Below are positions 1 through 9,323 of a DNA stretch of 64,000 nt, piece after piece. The position numbers were made by a program, and so were the translations under genes. The stretch spans positions 1,696,001 to 1,760,000 of the forward strand of contig CAWIIP010000002.1 of the NCBI GenBank assembly GCA_963836235.1, in the 5' to 3' direction. Position 1 is the stretch's first letter. Each line of letters begins with the position of its first letter. The notes beneath the pieces were generated by a model. It did not search any database. It saw only the letters and a program-made list of their open reading frames with translations, and had not been told where the DNA came from. The stretch is from an uncultured Pseudomonadota bacterium. GTDB taxonomy: Bacteria > Oederibacteriota > Muellerivitia > Muellerivitales > Muellerivitaceae.

Positions 1-312
1 GATCATGAAATCCTGCACAGCTCCCGCCAGGCAGACGCCCCCCACCAGCCAAAGGAAACCGGGGGCGTAACCGAATTGGGCGGCCAGAACCGGGCCGATC
101 AAGGGGCCGGACCCGGCGATCGCCGCGAAATGGTGGCCGAAGACCACCCACTTGTTCGTCGGATGGTAATTGTGGCCGTCCTTCAAGAGGTGGGCGGGGG
201 TGATATGCCGGTCGTTCAAGACCACGACCTTCGTGGCCAGGAAACGGCCATAAAAGGCGTAGGCCGCCGTCATGACACAAAGGGCGGTCAGGATCAGGGG
301 AAGCACGTTCAT
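1..312 (-). CDS. cstA: Carbon starvation protein A family peptide/pyruvate transporter, 5' part (runs off window edge)
   Basis: Not in ORF track. ATG at 312 with GGAG upstream; my translation contains [31 protein letters not shown]...AGAVQDF, the CstA signature. Confidence 0.9.
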   Translation of the reverse strand, partial: [104 protein letters not shown]

Positions 313-385
313 TTGGATTCTCCTTTGGTTGGAAGGTTCAAGATAGCCCAACCCCTGATGGATTTCAAATGAAGGGGACCCGGTT

Positions 386-1048
386 TTAACCCTTTAATAG
401 GCTTGTCAAGCCTTCGGAGGCGATCTGGATTCCCACGCAAAAAACCAGGAAAGCGCTCAGGCGGTTCAGCACTTGTGAGCCCCGGGGGCCCAAGCGCCGA
501 ATGAGGGCGGGGGTATAGGAGTAGCAAAAATAAATCAGCAAGCACATGATGATGGTGGCGACGATCAGGGCGGAAAGGTTGGTCAGGTAAACCCGCAGGT
601 CGTTATCGTGGCCATGGGCGCTTAAGGTGAGAAGAACCGAAATGGTGCCCGCGCCGGTCGTCATGGGGAAGGACACCGGGTAGAAGAGGATATTCTCAAC
701 CTTTTTCGTGGGATTCACCGGTTGAGCCGTTTCCTGGGTTCCTTTGCCGCTGTCATCAGAAGAAAGCAGGCTCCAACCCATTTTACAGATCAAAATACCC
801 CCGGCTATTTGAACTACCGGTAGGGAGATGCCAAAAAACTTGAATATCCAGCTTCCAATAAAGATCGTGGCGGTGCAAATGAGGAAGGCATATAAGGCGA
901 TTTTGATGGAGGCGCTTTTTCTTTCCGGGGGTGTTAAGCCTTCCAAAAGAGGGTCGATCATAAGAGCGGTTCCGGGAGGGTTAACAGGCGGAAAAAGGGA
1001 AACGAAACCAACAAAGACTAAATGTAGGAAAGGGAACATGAAGTGCAC
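386..1048 (-). CDS. MarC family integral membrane protein
   Basis: VNPPG N-terminal motif, FGISLPVVQIAGG, P-x-x-F-P-x-x-x-GAG, ~6 TM segments. Confidence 0.88.
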   Translation of the reverse strand: MHFMFPFLHLVFVGFVSLFPPVNPPGTALMIDPLLEGLTPPERKSASIKIALYAFLICTATIFIGSWIFKFFGISLPVVQIAGGILICKMGWSLLSSDDSGKGTQETAQPVNPTKKVENILFYPVSFPMTTGAGTISVLLTLSAHGHDNDLRVYLTNLSALIVATIIMCLLIYFCYSYTPALIRRLGPRGSQVLNRLSAFLVFCVGIQIASEGLTSLLKG

Positions 1049-1126
1049 GGCCTAGATATTAAGTAGAGTCGGCGGAAAAATCAAATTCTTCGTTTCCAGC
1101 ATTGCCCGGCCCTATTCAAAGTATTT

Positions 1127-2455
1127 TTAATGAGATTTCGAACGGGCCGGGGGCATGAAACGCTTGCGGGCCCACTCGTAAAAGGAATCTTTGTCGATGA
1201 TCCGGGCTACCAGCTCGGCGGTCAGGGCCGAGAGCATGATGGGAAAAATGGCCGCGTGGTCATTGGTCATTTCCACCACCAGCACAAAGGCGGTAAAAGG
1301 CGTGCGGGTGACGCCGGTTAAAAAGCCCACCATGCCCAAAAGGATGAGCAGGTTGGCCGAATCGCTGAGGAAAAGGGAAGCCAGCACCGAGCCCGTGCAG
1401 GCCCCGGCGGCCAGGGCCGGCGCGAAAATGCCCCCCGCGGCGCCCGAAACATAAAAGACCAGCGAACCCACCGCCCTCAAGATGGGAAGATACCAATCGG
1501 CCTGTTCACCCTTGAAAAGAAGGCCGTTGATCAATTCCAAACCCGATCCTGAAGCGTGAAGAGTAAATGACGAAAGGCCAGCCATAACCAGCCCACAGAA
1601 GACGACCAGGATTCCCAGTTGTAGCTTGGTCCTCAACTTCGCGCGCCAGGTCAAAAGCCACTTGATGCACAAGCCGTAAAAGGCCCCGAAAGCCCCACTC
1701 ACCAGCCCCACTCCCAAAGCCGGCGCCAGCACTGAAAAAGTCACGTTCTCCACCTGGGGGTTTCCGAGGTAGAGGTAGCTTCCCAAAATCCACTGGGACA
1801 CCAGGCCCGCGATGACGATCGAACTGATCAAGACCGTGCGGAAGCGCTTGAAGCGGATGGACATTTCCTCGATGGCGAAAACAATCCCGCCCAGGGGGGT
1901 GTTGAAGGCCGAAGCCAGCCCAGCGGCGGCGCCGGCGACAATCCAGGCCGAGGCATCGGCCTCTGATTGGAAACGGCGAAAAAGCCGGCCCACGGCATGG
2001 AAAATCCCGGTGCTGATCTGAATGGTGGGTCCTTCCCGGCCGGTCACCACCCCGCCCAAACTCGTGAGGAGGGAGCTAGCGATCTTCACCCCGACCCCCT
2101 TCAAGGAAAGCAGGCGGTCCACCCATCCCCCTTGGCGCCTGTAGTCCAGGTCATTGGCGGCCAAAACCTGGGGAATGCCGCTGCCCGTGGCCTCCGGGGC
2201 CAGGAAGGCCACCAGGGCCCAGGCGCCCAGAAGGCAGAGGGGGGTCCAAATCCAAACCGCATGGGGATGGAGGGCGTAAAGCCACCGGTAATCCCTTTCA
2301 GCCCATTTAAAAAGCCCGGCGTAGATGACGGAAACGAAACTGGCGAGGAAGGCCGAGACCCAAAAGGCCAGGGTTTGGAGGTTTTTGGGGTTTTGCCAAA
2401 GGGAGACGGCTTTTTTTTGAAGATTCTGGAACCAAGAGGTGGATTTCTTTTTCAA
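1127..2455 (-). CDS. ClC family chloride channel / Cl-:H+ antiporter
   Basis: GSGIP, GREGP, GAAAGLASAFNTPLGG and GGIFAP signatures. Confidence 0.93.
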   Translation of the reverse strand: MKKKSTSWFQNLQKKAVSLWQNPKNLQTLAFWVSAFLASFVSVIYAGLFKWAERDYRWLYALHPHAVWIWTPLCLLGAWALVAFLAPEATGSGIPQVLAANDLDYRRQGGWVDRLLSLKGVGVKIASSLLTSLGGVVTGREGPTIQISTGIFHAVGRLFRRFQSEADASAWIVAGAAAGLASAFNTPLGGIVFAIEEMSIRFKRFRTVLISSIVIAGLVSQWILGSYLYLGNPQVENVTFSVLAPALGVGLVSGAFGAFYGLCIKWLLTWRAKLRTKLQLGILVVFCGLVMAGLSSFTLHASGSGLELINGLLFKGEQADWYLPILRAVGSLVFYVSGAAGGIFAPALAAGACTGSVLASLFLSDSANLLILLGMVGFLTGVTRTPFTAFVLVVEMTNDHAAIFPIMLSALTAELVARIIDKDSFYEWARKRFMPPARSKSH

Positions 2456-2663
2456 CCCGATTCCTTTCAGTCTATCGTTCCAGAAATCAAACCGTAAAAA
2501 ACACAGCGGATTTTACAGGATAAAAGGGTCGAAAGAAAGTTAACTCCCGTTTTTTCGGCCGCCGGCCGGGCCTTTTCGGGATGATCTTGTTTAACCGTTC
2601 ACTATTCCCTTAACCTGGGCTCGTGGCCGGGAATCCTTCCTTCAACCCAATTCGAAAGGCGGT

Positions 2664-2900
2664 TTGAAAGTGAGAAAGAAAATCGGGAAAAATAAAGCGA
2701 CGGAAAAGTGGAAAAGATCGCTGGTGAAATCCGTTTGTTACCGAGTTCTTATCATGATTCTCGACTTTGTTACGATCAGGCTCTTTACCGGGCGAAGCGA
2801 CCTCGCCGTCGGGTTCGTCATCGTCAGCAACATCTATACGACCACGGTCTATTTCTTCTACGAAAGACTGTGGAACCGGATCAAATGGGGACTGGTATGA
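2664..2900 (+). CDS. DUF2061-like small membrane protein
   Basis: RSLVKSVCYR ... YFFYERLWNRIKWG pattern. Confidence 0.75.
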   Translation: MKVRKKIGKNKATEKWKRSLVKSVCYRVLIMILDFVTIRLFTGRSDLAVGFVIVSNIYTTTVYFFYERLWNRIKWGLV

Positions 2901-2956
2901 GGAAGGGGTCCGACTTGCCGCTTTTCCCCCGAAAAAAACAGGATGAACTCCTCCTG

Positions 2957-4051
2957 TTACCGGCAGAAGAGATTCAGCAGGGCGTCGCCCTCCAAAGAAA
3001 CCTGGGCTTGGATTCCATCCTTGTCCACGAAAGCGTCCAACACCCGGAAAGATTCCACCCGGGTTTGAAGGCGGCTATGGTTGCCCACCGGGCGGTTTAA
3101 AACCACGTTCATCCGTTCCTTTAATTGAGCCAATTTGGGACCGAGGGGAACATGAGCCTTTTGGCGCAGAACCTTTAGGATGTCCGATTTGAAAATCCAA
3201 TTGGCCACCTGCATCAAGAAGTCCCCCGTTTTGACGTCGAAATCCAGCTGTCTCAGCTCGAATAATTCTTTTTGGGGATCGTACCAGGGCACTCCCCGGA
3301 AATAAACGGTCATCCGGGCCGGCTGGGAGCCTAGGTTGAGGACGGGGTTATATTCGATTTTGACCTCGGCGATGACCTGCCCTCCCGAACCGTAAAGCCG
3401 GACGCCCTTGATGCGAAGCTTGAAATCCCCGCTGCCCGGGATTACCCGGTTCACCAGGCCGAAATGGGGGTCCACCAACTGGCGGTTGGCTTCCTTGAAC
3501 GGGATGACGGTGTTGCTGACGGCATGGAATCCGGAGGGCCCGGGTTTATACATTTGAAAGGGCGGCAAGATTTTCTTACGGGTCTCTGGTTTCTTGCCGA
3601 AGACGAGAACGGGATAGGCTGTCATTTCCAGGACCGTCCTTAAATCCAAAGGATGCCTGGGATCAAACCGGGTCAGGCCGGTACTAATGGATTGGGGCCC
3701 GATCAAAAGCCAGATTCCCTTGTCGATAAAGAGGGGCTCCTGCGCCGCGTCCCAAAAATCAGAGATTTCCCCGAAGGACCGATCAAAGCTCATTTCGCGG
3801 ATAGGGGTGTTCATGGTTTTTTTGATCGATTCGTATTCCGCGTTCAAAAAATCGGTGATGGATTTTGGCAGGTCCCTCAAACGGGGAAAGGAGACCATGA
3901 CCGGCAGGCGGATAACAGCCGGGGGAGGGGGCTCAAAGGCGCGTACTTTGGCATCGGAGGGTAGAATATAAAGCGAAGAGGTGGCGCAGCCCGCCAGGAG
4001 AAGGCTCGAGAACAGCAAGGGGAGAAGGTTCAAGTGTTTTAGTCGAGCCAT
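2957..4051 (-). CDS. DUF4403-like lipoprotein
   Basis: Lipobox LAGC; C-terminal half VRLYGSGGQV...YFRGVPWYD...LDFDVKT resembles DUF4403. Confidence 0.6.
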   Translation of the reverse strand: MARLKHLNLLPLLFSSLLLAGCATSSLYILPSDAKVRAFEPPPPAVIRLPVMVSFPRLRDLPKSITDFLNAEYESIKKTMNTPIREMSFDRSFGEISDFWDAAQEPLFIDKGIWLLIGPQSISTGLTRFDPRHPLDLRTVLEMTAYPVLVFGKKPETRKKILPPFQMYKPGPSGFHAVSNTVIPFKEANRQLVDPHFGLVNRVIPGSGDFKLRIKGVRLYGSGGQVIAEVKIEYNPVLNLGSQPARMTVYFRGVPWYDPQKELFELRQLDFDVKTGDFLMQVANWIFKSDILKVLRQKAHVPLGPKLAQLKERMNVVLNRPVGNHSRLQTRVESFRVLDAFVDKDGIQAQVSLEGDALLNLFCR

Positions 4052-4289
4052 GGTTTCATTTTAGTCTTAGGTTGAGGAGGAGAGTGGCGCAATTAAAAGC
4101 CTTGTGGACCATTCCTTCCCACAAGCCACTCAGACTCCCGTCCAGTATTTTTTTACGGTACTTGCCGTTAGGTATTGATATGTTCTAAAGGGCGAATCAA
4201 GACGAAAAACAGTCAAAGAAGCCCTTTCATTGGAAGTGGTATAATTTAAAATCCATATGGGCCTTTGAATATATCAAAACGGTTTGCGC

Positions 4290-5741
4290 ATGAAAAATAG
4301 GTTATTTACTTCCCCCTTCGTTTTATTGGTATTGGTTCTTTTCGCCTTTTTGGGCGCAAGGGCGGCCTGGGGACAAATCGTGGAAGTCGATTTGGGGGCC
4401 CAGCCGCCTTCGGTCCTCGTGACCACGCTCATGGGGTCGGGTGTCTCCGCCTTCAACATCACCTACCAGGGAAACGGCAGTTCGTCCGGCATTTTCGCGG
4501 GGGCGGCCTCCATGCTGGGCATCAACTCGGGGATCATCCTGAGCACCGGGATGGCCGCAGGGGTCGAGGGAAGCGCCGGGGTAACCAGCAGTACCTGCAA
4601 CGGCCTTCCGGGTGATCCGGATTTAGCCCTCTTGGAGGGTCTTCCCGTGACAGATCTCTACGACGCCACGGTTCTGTCCTTCGATTTCATCCCGACTTAT
4701 AACACGGTTTCCTTCCAATACGTCTTTTCCTCCGAGGAATACAATGAATTCGTTGGGTCCGAATATAACGATGTCTTCGGTTTTTTCGTTAATGGGACCA
4801 ACGTGGCCCTCATCCCCGGAACCACGACGAACGTCTCCATCAATAACGTTAATGATTGCGTCAATCCCGCTTATTTCATCGACAATGTCGGGTCGCCTGA
4901 AGGGGGCTCCTGCACGGTTGTCCGGCCGGCGGCGGGGCTGGCCACCGCCATGAACGGGTTAACCACCGTCTTGACCGCCACCGCGCCCGTCACGGCGGGG
5001 GTGGTCAACCATATTAAATTGGCCATCTCGGACGTGGGGGATTGTTTGATGGATTCCAACGTCCTTATCGCGGCCAACAGTTTTATCAGCGTCCTTACCC
5101 CCACCCCCACGAGCACACCGGTTCCCTGCGGCTTTCCACTCTATACTTGCACCCCCACGGGGACGCCAACCACGCCTCCGCTCCTTCCCACCTCCACGCC
5201 CTGCGGTTGGCCGGGCAACACCTGCACCTTCACGCCCACAGTTAACACCGCTACCTTTACCCCGACAGTGCCTCCCACCAACACCTCCACCAGCGACGTC
5301 AGGCCTTCCTTCACCCCCACCTCGACTCCCACCTTCACCCCCACCGATACCACGACCTTCACCTTGACCCCCACCGCCACCCTCACCCCTTGCGGCTGGC
5401 CGGGAAATACCTGCACTTTCACCGACAGCCCCACGCCCACCTCCACGCTCTCCACCGCCGATATCTTTTACGTTTCCAAAAATGTCTTCAGCCCCTCCTC
5501 GCCGGTTTCCGTCTTCGTGGAATACAACATTTTCCCGGGAAGCTACGAATTACGGATTTACAATTCGGCGGGCGAATATATCAAGACCCTGGATTCCCGC
5601 CAGCTTACCACTCCGGTCCTCCAGTCCTACCAATGGGACGGGACCAACCGTTACGGCGCCCCTTGCGCCAGCGGGGTTTACGTCTTTTACCTGATCGAAC
5701 CCGCCAGCACGAAGGTCAAGCGAATCGTTCTGATCAAGTGA
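4290..5741 (+). CDS. Secreted choice-of-anchor L domain protein with Thr/Pro stalk and FlgD-Ig/T9SS-CTD-like C-terminus
   Basis: Signal peptide; GIILSTG...FQYVFSSEEY...YNDVFGFFVNG...HIKLAISDVGD...DS; TP-rich linker; LRIYNSAGEYIKTL...WDG...SGVY...KRIVLIK. Confidence 0.8.
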   Translation: MKNRLFTSPFVLLVLVLFAFLGARAAWGQIVEVDLGAQPPSVLVTTLMGSGVSAFNITYQGNGSSSGIFAGAASMLGINSGIILSTGMAAGVEGSAGVTSSTCNGLPGDPDLALLEGLPVTDLYDATVLSFDFIPTYNTVSFQYVFSSEEYNEFVGSEYNDVFGFFVNGTNVALIPGTTTNVSINNVNDCVNPAYFIDNVGSPEGGSCTVVRPAAGLATAMNGLTTVLTATAPVTAGVVNHIKLAISDVGDCLMDSNVLIAANSFISVLTPTPTSTPVPCGFPLYTCTPTGTPTTPPLLPTSTPCGWPGNTCTFTPTVNTATFTPTVPPTNTSTSDVRPSFTPTSTPTFTPTDTTTFTLTPTATLTPCGWPGNTCTFTDSPTPTSTLSTADIFYVSKNVFSPSSPVSVFVEYNIFPGSYELRIYNSAGEYIKTLDSRQLTTPVLQSYQWDGTNRYGAPCASGVYVFYLIEPASTKVKRIVLIK

Positions 5742-5777
5742 GGTTTAGCCTAGAAAAGGGGCCGCATCCTTCCAATA

Positions 5778-5805
5778 CCCCTTTATGATCCAGGTCATAA
5801 AGGGG
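5778..5805. promoter_or_regulatory. Palindrome CCCCTTTATGA-N6-TCATAAAGGGG (terminator or CRP/FNR-like operator)
   Basis: Perfect 11-bp inverted repeat just downstream of 4290..5741 and upstream of the GGDEF gene. Confidence 0.45.
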
Positions 5806-5967
5806 GTTCTTGCTATCCCTTAAACTGATAAATCTAAGAAGTGGCTTTAGTTAGAAAGATAGGTTTCCCGCTTGAAAGGCGGGGGATTTATCCCGATGGT
5901 TCAGCCAGGCCCGGAACTTTTATGGGCCTCCGCGAAAATGAATCCTGTGGTGGCCAAGAGGTGTCTG

Positions 5968-6876
5968 ATGAATATCGGGCGATGGATTCAGAACCAATCG
6001 AAAACCCATATCCTCCTACTGGCGACTTTCCTGTTTCTGCTGGATGAATATATCGACTACCGCACCGGGCCGGAGCTCAACGTCTCTTTCTTTCACCTGG
6101 TGCCGCTCTTCCTGATCGTCTGGAACTCAGGATTCATTCCCGGCCTCTTTTATTCGTTCTTTTGCTCCCTCGTCATTTTTGTTGTCACCATCCAACCCAC
6201 CTTCACCCGGCCGACCTCCCTGGAAATTTCCAACGCGCTAGCCAACCTGGTCTTCTTCGTGGCTTTTTCCGCCGTCCTGGGCCAGTTGAAGAAATACCTG
6301 GAGAAAGTGACTTTCATGGCGGAGATTGACGGCTTAACGAACCTGCTCAACGCCCGTTCCTTTTACCAGCGCGCCGATAGGGAAGTGCGAGTTTGCGCCC
6401 AAAGCGGCCGGCCCTTCACCGTCCTTTACCTGGACGTGGACAATTTCAAGGAAGTGAACGACAGTTTCGGCCATACCGCCGGGGACGAGATACTGAAAAA
6501 AATCGGGAAAGTCCTCAACGCACAGTTCCGCAAAAACGACCTGCGGGCCCGGATCGGCGGGGACGAATTCGCGGTCCTTCTGCCCGGCTTTTCCAAGGAA
6601 GAAGCCACGATCGAGATTCCCCAATTCCACGCCCTCTTGAACCAAGCCCTGCGGGAAACCAAGGGGACCATGACCTGTAGCCTGGGGGCGGTGACTTTTC
6701 TCCAAGCCCCACCCAGCGCGAAGGATGCCCTACACGAGGCTGATATGCTCATGTACCGGGTGAAGATGGGGGGAAAGAACAGCTTTCTCTGTCAAACATC
6801 CATCGGGAAAGGATTCGAAACCCCGTCCACCCCTGAACGGCCCGCCAAGGAACCCGTGGAAACAGGAAAGCGCTGA
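5968..6876 (+). CDS. Membrane-anchored diguanylate cyclase (GGDEF)
   Basis: N-terminal TMs; DGLTNLLN, DVDNFKEVNDSFGHTAGD, RIGGDEF; ATG 5968 preceded by AAGAGG. Confidence 0.92.
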   Translation: MNIGRWIQNQSKTHILLLATFLFLLDEYIDYRTGPELNVSFFHLVPLFLIVWNSGFIPGLFYSFFCSLVIFVVTIQPTFTRPTSLEISNALANLVFFVAFSAVLGQLKKYLEKVTFMAEIDGLTNLLNARSFYQRADREVRVCAQSGRPFTVLYLDVDNFKEVNDSFGHTAGDEILKKIGKVLNAQFRKNDLRARIGGDEFAVLLPGFSKEEATIEIPQFHALLNQALRETKGTMTCSLGAVTFLQAPPSAKDALHEADMLMYRVKMGGKNSFLCQTSIGKGFETPSTPERPAKEPVETGKR

Positions 6877-6905
6877 GGCGGAGGAAGGGAGTCCCGGGAG
6901 AGGTT

Positions 6906-7538
6906 CTACCGCTTGGACTCCCCCAGCCGCTTGATGTTTTTATCCGCTTCCAGGTCGGCCTTTTCCTCCCCTGAAGTTGCCGCCAAATCCATCCGGATAC
7001 GGTTCAATTCCTCAAGGTTTTCCTGGAGGATGCGGCAAAGCGAGTCGCTGTTCTTCAAAGCCAAGGAAGAACCTTGTTTCGGGTCCGGCGCCGGATTTTT
7101 TTTATCCATCTTGTGGAAATATTTTTGAGAGGCTTCAGGGCCCAAGCCGATGGCCAGCCCCTGGATAACCCGGTGCTGCCAATCGTTGATTTTCGAGAAA
7201 AAATCCTTCTCCTCCGAAAGGTCGAAAAGGCCGTTGCCCTGCTTGATAAGGGAATCCAGGTAAGCCTTGAAGAAGGCCATGGAGGTCTGGTCGAACACTT
7301 CCTTACGCTTCACCGCGTATTCGATGGAAACGAACCAAAGAATGACCAGCCACCCGATCACCCAGCCATACCAAGGAAGCCAGAGGACGATCTCCCAGAG
7401 CCGGGTGTTGGCTTTGGAGGGGGGAATCCGCCCGAAAACAAACCGGGTCGCTTGCAGGACCGCGAAAACCCCCAGGAGCACCGGGTTTCCGAGGGTGAGT
7501 TTGATGATTTCCAAACGCTCTTTGAGGCTCTTGATCAT
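6906..7538 (-). CDS. Hypothetical membrane protein
   Basis: 210-aa ORF with two hydrophobic segments and a helical C-terminus, co-oriented with neighbours. Confidence 0.6.
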   Translation of the reverse strand: MIKSLKERLEIIKLTLGNPVLLGVFAVLQATRFVFGRIPPSKANTRLWEIVLWLPWYGWVIGWLVILWFVSIEYAVKRKEVFDQTSMAFFKAYLDSLIKQGNGLFDLSEEKDFFSKINDWQHRVIQGLAIGLGPEASQKYFHKMDKKNPAPDPKQGSSLALKNSDSLCRILQENLEELNRIRMDLAATSGEEKADLEADKNIKRLGESKR

Positions 7539-7584
7539 TTTAAAATTCTAACTGAACCACCTTCGAATAGGAAACATTCCGGGG

Positions 7585-8250
7585 TTAAAAGGTTCCGTTC
7601 TCCAAGTGGGTTCCGAACCAGAGGTCCCGGTGAATGACACCGGCCGCTTTTAGGGCGCCTTTTTCAGCCTGGGAGTCCATGAGGTCCGGCGCTTGGGTGA
7701 TATCCGGCACCCTCCGGGTCTCGATTATCACTTCGGGATTTCCTTCCAAGCGGTAAAGGCCGGCTCCACTTTCTCGCGGGATCAGGTCCTTTTCGGCGTC
7801 CAAAATTTTTTCCCCAGTCCCGAGATCCTTCACTTCATAGCGGGCCACCACCATGCCGCCCGTCCTTTGGGCCAGGTTGAGGTCGGGACCATTCTCCCCA
7901 GGGACACCGGCCCACATCAGGGGCAGGCCCATGCCGGAGCCGATGCAGGCCGTGAGGAAATTGGACGACCGGACGAAGTCCACCCCCTTTCTCAGGTCGG
8001 CGCAGGAAAAGGCCAGGATATAGGTCTTGGGGTCCTGGGGGTCGCGCAGGAAGCTAAAGGCCAAAAAACCCTGACCTTTCAGGTCGTTTTGTGGGCGGAA
8101 GAAACTTTTCTTGAAATCGTCGATGTCGCAAATTTGCTGGCGGATGAATAGGGTTCCGGGAACCTCAGGATAGGGGTTTTGAAGGCGGCAGGATGAGGCG
8201 GCTAAAAGAAACGGGAGGCAGGCCCAAAGTAAGTCAGGCCTTTTTCGCAA
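7585..8250 (-). CDS. Hypothetical lipoprotein, possibly two degenerate dimeric alpha/beta-barrel repeats
   Basis: Lipobox-like AASSC; overlaps the upstream gene in an operon-like arrangement. Confidence 0.5.
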   Translation of the reverse strand: MRKRPDLLWACLPFLLAASSCRLQNPYPEVPGTLFIRQQICDIDDFKKSFFRPQNDLKGQGFLAFSFLRDPQDPKTYILAFSCADLRKGVDFVRSSNFLTACIGSGMGLPLMWAGVPGENGPDLNLAQRTGGMVVARYEVKDLGTGEKILDAEKDLIPRESGAGLYRLEGNPEVIIETRRVPDITQAPDLMDSQAEKGALKAAGVIHRDLWFGTHLENGTF

Positions 8251-8590
8251 GGCCGTAATCCGTCAAGAACCAGACCACCAGAATGACGGCGCCGTTCAAG
8301 ACGTAAAAAAATTCCGCCGCCGGTTCGGGGCCGAAACCCAGGAGGAAAGGAAGGGCGATCAGGACGGGCCCGACGACCAACTCGATGATCCCGTGCCATT
8401 TCAAGGGAATGACCTTCAGGGCACCCAGGGGAAAATCGGTCAAGAGGGTCAGGAGCAGATGGACCCCCGCCAGGGTATAAGAAATGGCGGCGGGAACCGC
8501 CGACAGGTGGAGCAGGGTGGGCGCTCCCAGGAAAATGAGAACTACCAGGTAATCCAGGACACCGTGGACTTTCGCGTTGAGGATATTCAT
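8234..8590 (-). CDS. Small membrane protein (SPW-repeat-like, HGxxDY family)
   Basis: HGVLDY...LTDFPLG...HGIIE...PFLLGF internal repeat. Confidence 0.7.
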   Translation of the reverse strand: MNILNAKVHGVLDYLVVLIFLGAPTLLHLSAVPAAISYTLAGVHLLLTLLTDFPLGALKVIPLKWHGIIELVVGPVLIALPFLLGFGPEPAAEFFYVLNGAVILVVWFLTDYGLAKKA

Positions 8591-9219
8591 GGTTTTGCCT
8601 CCTTGGCGGCTTTTAATAAATCATCCGGATTCACCCGCACCTTGATGTCGGGGTTGTAGTAAACGAAATGGATGAGGCCCTTGGGGTCCACCACGTAAGC
8701 CGCCGGCACCGGCAGCATGTGGAGATGGTTGCCCGTGGCCCCCTCCAGGTCCACGCCGAAGCCCTTCATCTTGGCCAGGATTTTGGGACTGACCTTATAT
8801 GCCAGTTTGAATTTCCGGGTGACCTCCATCGGGCTGTCGGACAGGAGGGTGTAATTGATCTGGTGCTTGTCGAGGCTTTCCTTCAGCTTTTGGGGCTGGT
8901 CCGGGGAGATGGCCAGCACTTGATAGCCCATTTTTTCCAGGTCGGGCTCGATCTTCACCAATTGGCCCATTTGCAGGTTGCAGTAGGGGCACCAGCCTCC
9001 CCTATAAAAGATGAGGACCGAGGGTTTTTGCGCGATGAGGGTTTTGAGTTTAACTTTTTTGCCCTCCAAGGTCGTTAGGGTCCCCTCTGGCACCGAATCT
9101 CCTACTCCTAAGGGATGGACGTCCTGAGCGGAAAGAGGCATGGTCCCGGCAAAGGATTTTTTTACCATCGCCACCGACAGCAAAAGTAACACTAGGCCGG
9201 CGGCAAAAATTTTAATCAT
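8587..9219 (-). CDS. Exported peroxiredoxin-like AhpC/TSA family protein
   Basis: Signal peptide; FYRGGWCPYC, AISPD, LPVPAAYVVD. Confidence 0.9.
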   Translation of the reverse strand: MIKIFAAGLVLLLLSVAMVKKSFAGTMPLSAQDVHPLGVGDSVPEGTLTTLEGKKVKLKTLIAQKPSVLIFYRGGWCPYCNLQMGQLVKIEPDLEKMGYQVLAISPDQPQKLKESLDKHQINYTLLSDSPMEVTRKFKLAYKVSPKILAKMKGFGVDLEGATGNHLHMLPVPAAYVVDPKGLIHFVYYNPDIKVRVNPDDLLKAAKEAKP

Positions 9220-9280
9220 TCATTTCTCCTGTGAATAGGTTCTCAAATGAGTTGAAAGGCAGGACGCTCTTTTTCGTTAA

Positions 9281-9306
9281 TACGGCTAGGATTTTTAAAA
9301 GGTTAC
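9281..9306 (-). promoter_or_regulatory. Putative ECF sigma promoter GTAAC-N17-CGTA
   Basis: About 60 nt upstream of the Prx-like gene; same motif before msrB and dipZ. Confidence 0.55.
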
Positions 9307-9323
9307 CTCTTGATTCAACGCCT

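Noticed and set aside
2456-2663. Fluoride riboswitch upstream of the ClC gene
   Set aside because: No riboswitch consensus seen, and the protein has chloride-type GSGIP/GREGP motifs rather than CLC-F motifs
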